Positions 60,327 to 64,000 of a stretch of DNA of 64,000 bases are shown piece by piece. The notes under the pieces were generated by a model that saw nothing but the letters and a program-made list of their open reading frames with translations, had not been told where the DNA came from and made no database searches. Every line of letters starts with the position of its first letter. Within the stretch, counting starts at the first letter, position 1. The translations under genes and the position numbers were made by a program. This DNA comes from Alloascoidea hylecoeti (lineage: Eukaryota), in assembly GCA_001600815.1 (NCBI GenBank), contig BCKZ01000001.1, positions 1,707,389-1,771,388 of the forward strand, read 5' to 3'.

Positions 60327-61223
60327 CTATAAAGATATTTTTAAGTTCATAATATACTTCACTTTCATAATGATTTTCCAAGCCAAGTGCATCACTCCAC
60401 AACAAGTGTGTATCACAATGTACCCAAGTTCCATATATTTTTATTCCAAAGTAAATATTATCATCATCAGGCAGAGAGTTTTTGTTATTAGTTACGTATA
60501 TAATATACCGTTATAGGTAATATATGGGATGAGCTCTAGGCTCATTCGTATTATATACAGCGATCGATACCATGAATTCCATTTTAAAACGATTAATACT
60601 TTATAGTCAGGCTTAATAAACTATTCTAGATCTAAATTACATTTAATAATTATCATTTAAACCAAATTAATATATAGTTGAATAAACCAGAGAGGTAAAT
60701 ATTAGATTATTGCAAAAGATATCTTCCATCATTTGGTTAATATCAAAGTTATAAAATTCGTAATTTTTTTTAAAATCGATATTGGTACCATATTTGTTAT
60801 TAATATTCTGGTCTTCTTATAGAGTGGTTTGAAGAAATTTGGACAACTAAATGAGCTCCACCTTGGCATAAACAAAAATATAACCTCTTATTCATATGGA
60901 CGATAAACCTGTTATAACAAGAGTCAAGACTTTACAAAATGTTGAAGATCATAATAAATTGCATATTATCCTAAAAGCTTCTTCATTATACTCAAATATT
61001 AAGGTGAACACAACCAAATCTTCTTTATAGTGTATTTTGCCGGAGAGTTGTTTACTATGGGTAGTATTGGGTATAGATTTTACTTTATGGTCCAGGGTAC
61101 TCGGGTCCGTGTTACAGATCACTCGGTACCTTTATGCATTAATACAGAGTTTCTTCATTTGTTAGATTACATGCATGAAAAATCAAAAAAATCTGTTATT
61201 GAACGAAAATGCATATAGATATA

Positions 61224-61457
61224 CCCTGAAATTGCCAAAATGAAATTTTTAGCAGGGCAGATTTCGATGCACCCGTACTGTACTTTACACGCTCCCGAAC
61301 CTACTATTGTACCGAGTATCTTTCTATGCACTTCAAGCTCAAAATATTACCTAGTTACCGATAGTTAATAAATGGGCTCGAGTACCCGGTACGGGTACTA
61401 CCGGTTCCTTGGTTTTCCTTTATCATTTTGGCAGTTTTCATTCTGGCAATTTCACCG
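61224..61457. mobile_element. Tc1/mariner-type MITE (234 bp) overlapping GGGTAC-rich repeat debris
   Basis: TA-ccctgaaattgccaaaatgaaa matches the reverse complement of tttcattctggcaatttcaccg-TA at 21/24, counting the TA. Confidence 0.7.
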
Positions 61458-62143
61458 TAAGCTTATATAAACTTAAAGAGATTTATTTTTATTATTCAAG
61501 GTGAATGAGGCATTATGAGAGTGAGTTTGAACCGACTTGTCTTTTACCAACTATAATTACATGTAGTTTAAATTCGGTACAAACCGTCCGTGCATATGTA
61601 TAATAAATCTACCATATAGAAAACTTAAGGAAGAACAATATGTAGATATAGGAATGGTAAATAAAATTTGGTACACAATTAAAGATGTTAGCATAGAAGA
61701 GCTACCAAGGATTCATAATCCGGATCCTGTTTGAGCTAGAGAAAAGTCTCGTAGTAGTCAGAATCATGTTCCTCTGATTCAAATGGTGGAACACGGGCTT
61801 AAAAAGTTGTTATTGGAGATTGACAGCAACATAGAAGATCTGGGAATTGTAACGGAACCGGCTTTATAATTTGAAGGTGAAGCAAGCTTAGGCATACTTA
61901 AAACCAGTATGATTCGTATATTTAGCTAAATAAATTAAAATTTTGGTAACGGGTAGAGGTAGGATTCAGAGAATATTTGAGTAAATATGTTGTATAACGA
62001 ATATAGTTTCTTTGCTGCACTGCACCATCCTATAATTTATGCACGTGTTTTTTTCCACCTCCAAAAAAGTTATAAATCTAAAACCCGTATTAAATCATCT
62101 ATACCAGTCTCAATTGATTTGTAAAACCTGTAGATAATACCTG

Positions 62144-63216
62144 ATGGACCAGCCTAAAACTAGACGCTTTACGGAATCCGAGAAAATACAAATGTATACT
62201 TTGAGAAACGATGGCGGCTTCTCCATTTGCCAGATTTCTAAAAAAAATAGACGCGTCCTACAATGATGTAGTGGTCTCGTGCTTTACGCGATTAAAAGGT
62301 CGACACTCTACTATCCCTGCAGCTAAAACCAGTGGCAGAAAGCCAAAATATTCAGCTAGGTCCACAAGACACTCAGCTCGTATGATAGTAGGTGACCATG
62401 ATTTGCCGTTGGAAGATATCGCAAAACAACCCTTGAAGTAACAGTGTAGAGAAACATACCAAAATGTCCTGGCATCCGTAGATTTAAACCATCAAAAAAG
62501 AGGTCATTACATCCCCTTAATGAAACAGCACGTCAAGGATGGCAAAAGTTGGGAGGAAAAGCCCCAAAAATGGACTTCTGATAAGTTCAAAGTGGTGGTC
62601 TGGTGGGATGAGTTTATGATCCGAGGAAGCCATGGGAATACCGTCGGATTGGTCACTTGTAGCTTTGTAAAAATACTTAAAAAAGTATGAAAGTAGAAAA
62701 GGGAATTTAAGAGGAGTGGGAGTCACGGTTTGGGGCTGTATCGGCTGTAAATGTTTTCTGTTATAGCAGTTTTTTGGAAAGGGGTAGAAGGTAACTATGA
62801 AAGTTTATCTAAATATTTTGAAAGATGTTTGGAAATCTCAGCTTACCAAATATTTGGCTGAAATTTTCAGGAAGAATATATTATTTATCCAAGATAATGT
62901 CCCCATTCACAAAGCTGGTGTCATCAAGTCGTGATTTAGAGAAAGGAGAATTCAAGTGATGGAGTGGCCTGCACATAGCCTAGACCTAAATGCGATTGAG
63001 AAGGTTTGGGCTCAATGCAAAAGAATTATCCACCAAAGTGAAGGAACCCTAACAAACCTGCATGAAGGTAAATATTCTCAAATAAATCAACTTCGAGAAT
63101 TCGCTACAAAGTCTCTCAAAAGTATTGACCAAAATTTCTACTCCAAAATTGTGGCCCAAAAACTGGGAGTCGTAGATTTTCAATTGAAAAGTAGAGGTGG
63201 TCTTGTGGTAGATTAA
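62144..63216 (+). pseudogene. Decayed Tc1-family (DD34E) transposase
   Basis: Fragments in shifting frames: SGRKPK, VVWWDE, VTVWGCI and FIQDNVPIH..EWPAHSLDLNAIEKVW, with exactly 34 codons between D and E. An in-frame TGA lies at 62932. The start coordinate is approximate. Confidence 0.9.
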
Positions 63217-64000
63217 GCCAGAAATACTAGTTGTGAAAAATCATAATTGATATAATTTGATAGAGGAGATTCAGATCATATTTTTCCCTACAAAGTATTT
63301 ACCTACTTTAATATATATGTTTTGTAATGTGTGATTGAACTAATATTTAATTTGACTCGCTTATATGTATGTACGGTATTTTTTGGGTGACTGTTTGTTT
63401 CCCTAATTGGAAATATCTGTACATTGCATACGGCAGTTGATGCATATCGAATGGGTATTTTGGGCCCCGAGTACAAGTATGGCAAATAAATGTATACCAT
63501 AAAAAAGTAAAATTGGTACTGTACTAGCAATTCCCAAAAAGAATATACGATTAATTATTAATTGCAATATCATCGATATGATGTTTAATACCAATATCTA
63601 AACCGAATTACATTTTAGTAATCTTTAAGCGATTCTCAATTATATTTGATTTCACTTGTTGAATCTAAATTAAACCAAAAGTTATTCTTAAACCCCCACG
63701 GCAATTGGCACTGTTATGAAGTTTTTTACGATGGAAGCTTTACAATTGAAAAGATGATACCTTCTCAATGTAGGTCTATATGATACCCACCAGCTATCAA
63801 GTTCGCAAGAAAAGTTTGGTTTAAAACTATAAATTGTCAACCAAACAACACTATGTATTAGATTTTCAATTTTCAAGAGTTTTTGAAGTTCTGTATTTGG
63901 AGTGAATTCTTTATCTGGTTGTAGTATTTATCAAAATGAAATAATAGAGATGTTATGTTATTAATAATAAGCTATATTATGTAATTAGTGGTGATACAAA

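Overview
AT-rich, intron-containing budding-yeast (Saccharomycotina-like) chromosome segment. It uses the standard genetic code, since CTG falls at conserved Leu positions in RPS4. It holds about 22 protein-coding genes, mostly housekeeping: FAA1/4, ADE8, IDH2, RPT3, a FAR7-like gene, an SXM1/NMD5 karyopherin, NCB2, MRPL23, RPB2, a divergent Sch9-like kinase, RPS4, a REEP/Atg40-like gene, an LPX1-like hydrolase, BCY1, agmatinase, rhodanese, AVO3/TSC11, GCD1, RPT4, MRPL40, CDC31 and NIP100. Ten of these were rebuilt by hand across spliceosomal introns, one of which is a GC-AG intron. There is also an intron-containing tRNA-Met, at least four MITE families (one hAT-type, three Tc1/mariner-type) and a decayed DD34E Tc1 transposase. 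The most interesting locus is an apparently non-coding, spliced transcription unit at about 37.64-38.55 kb. It has a Tbf1/RRPE-type promoter. Its first intron holds a box C/D snoRNA that appears to carry both the snR68 (25S Am2640) and snR50 (25S Gm867) guides. Downstream are a multi-helix structured exon and a 41-bp hairpin. All homology calls come from recall of known sequences, not from database searches.
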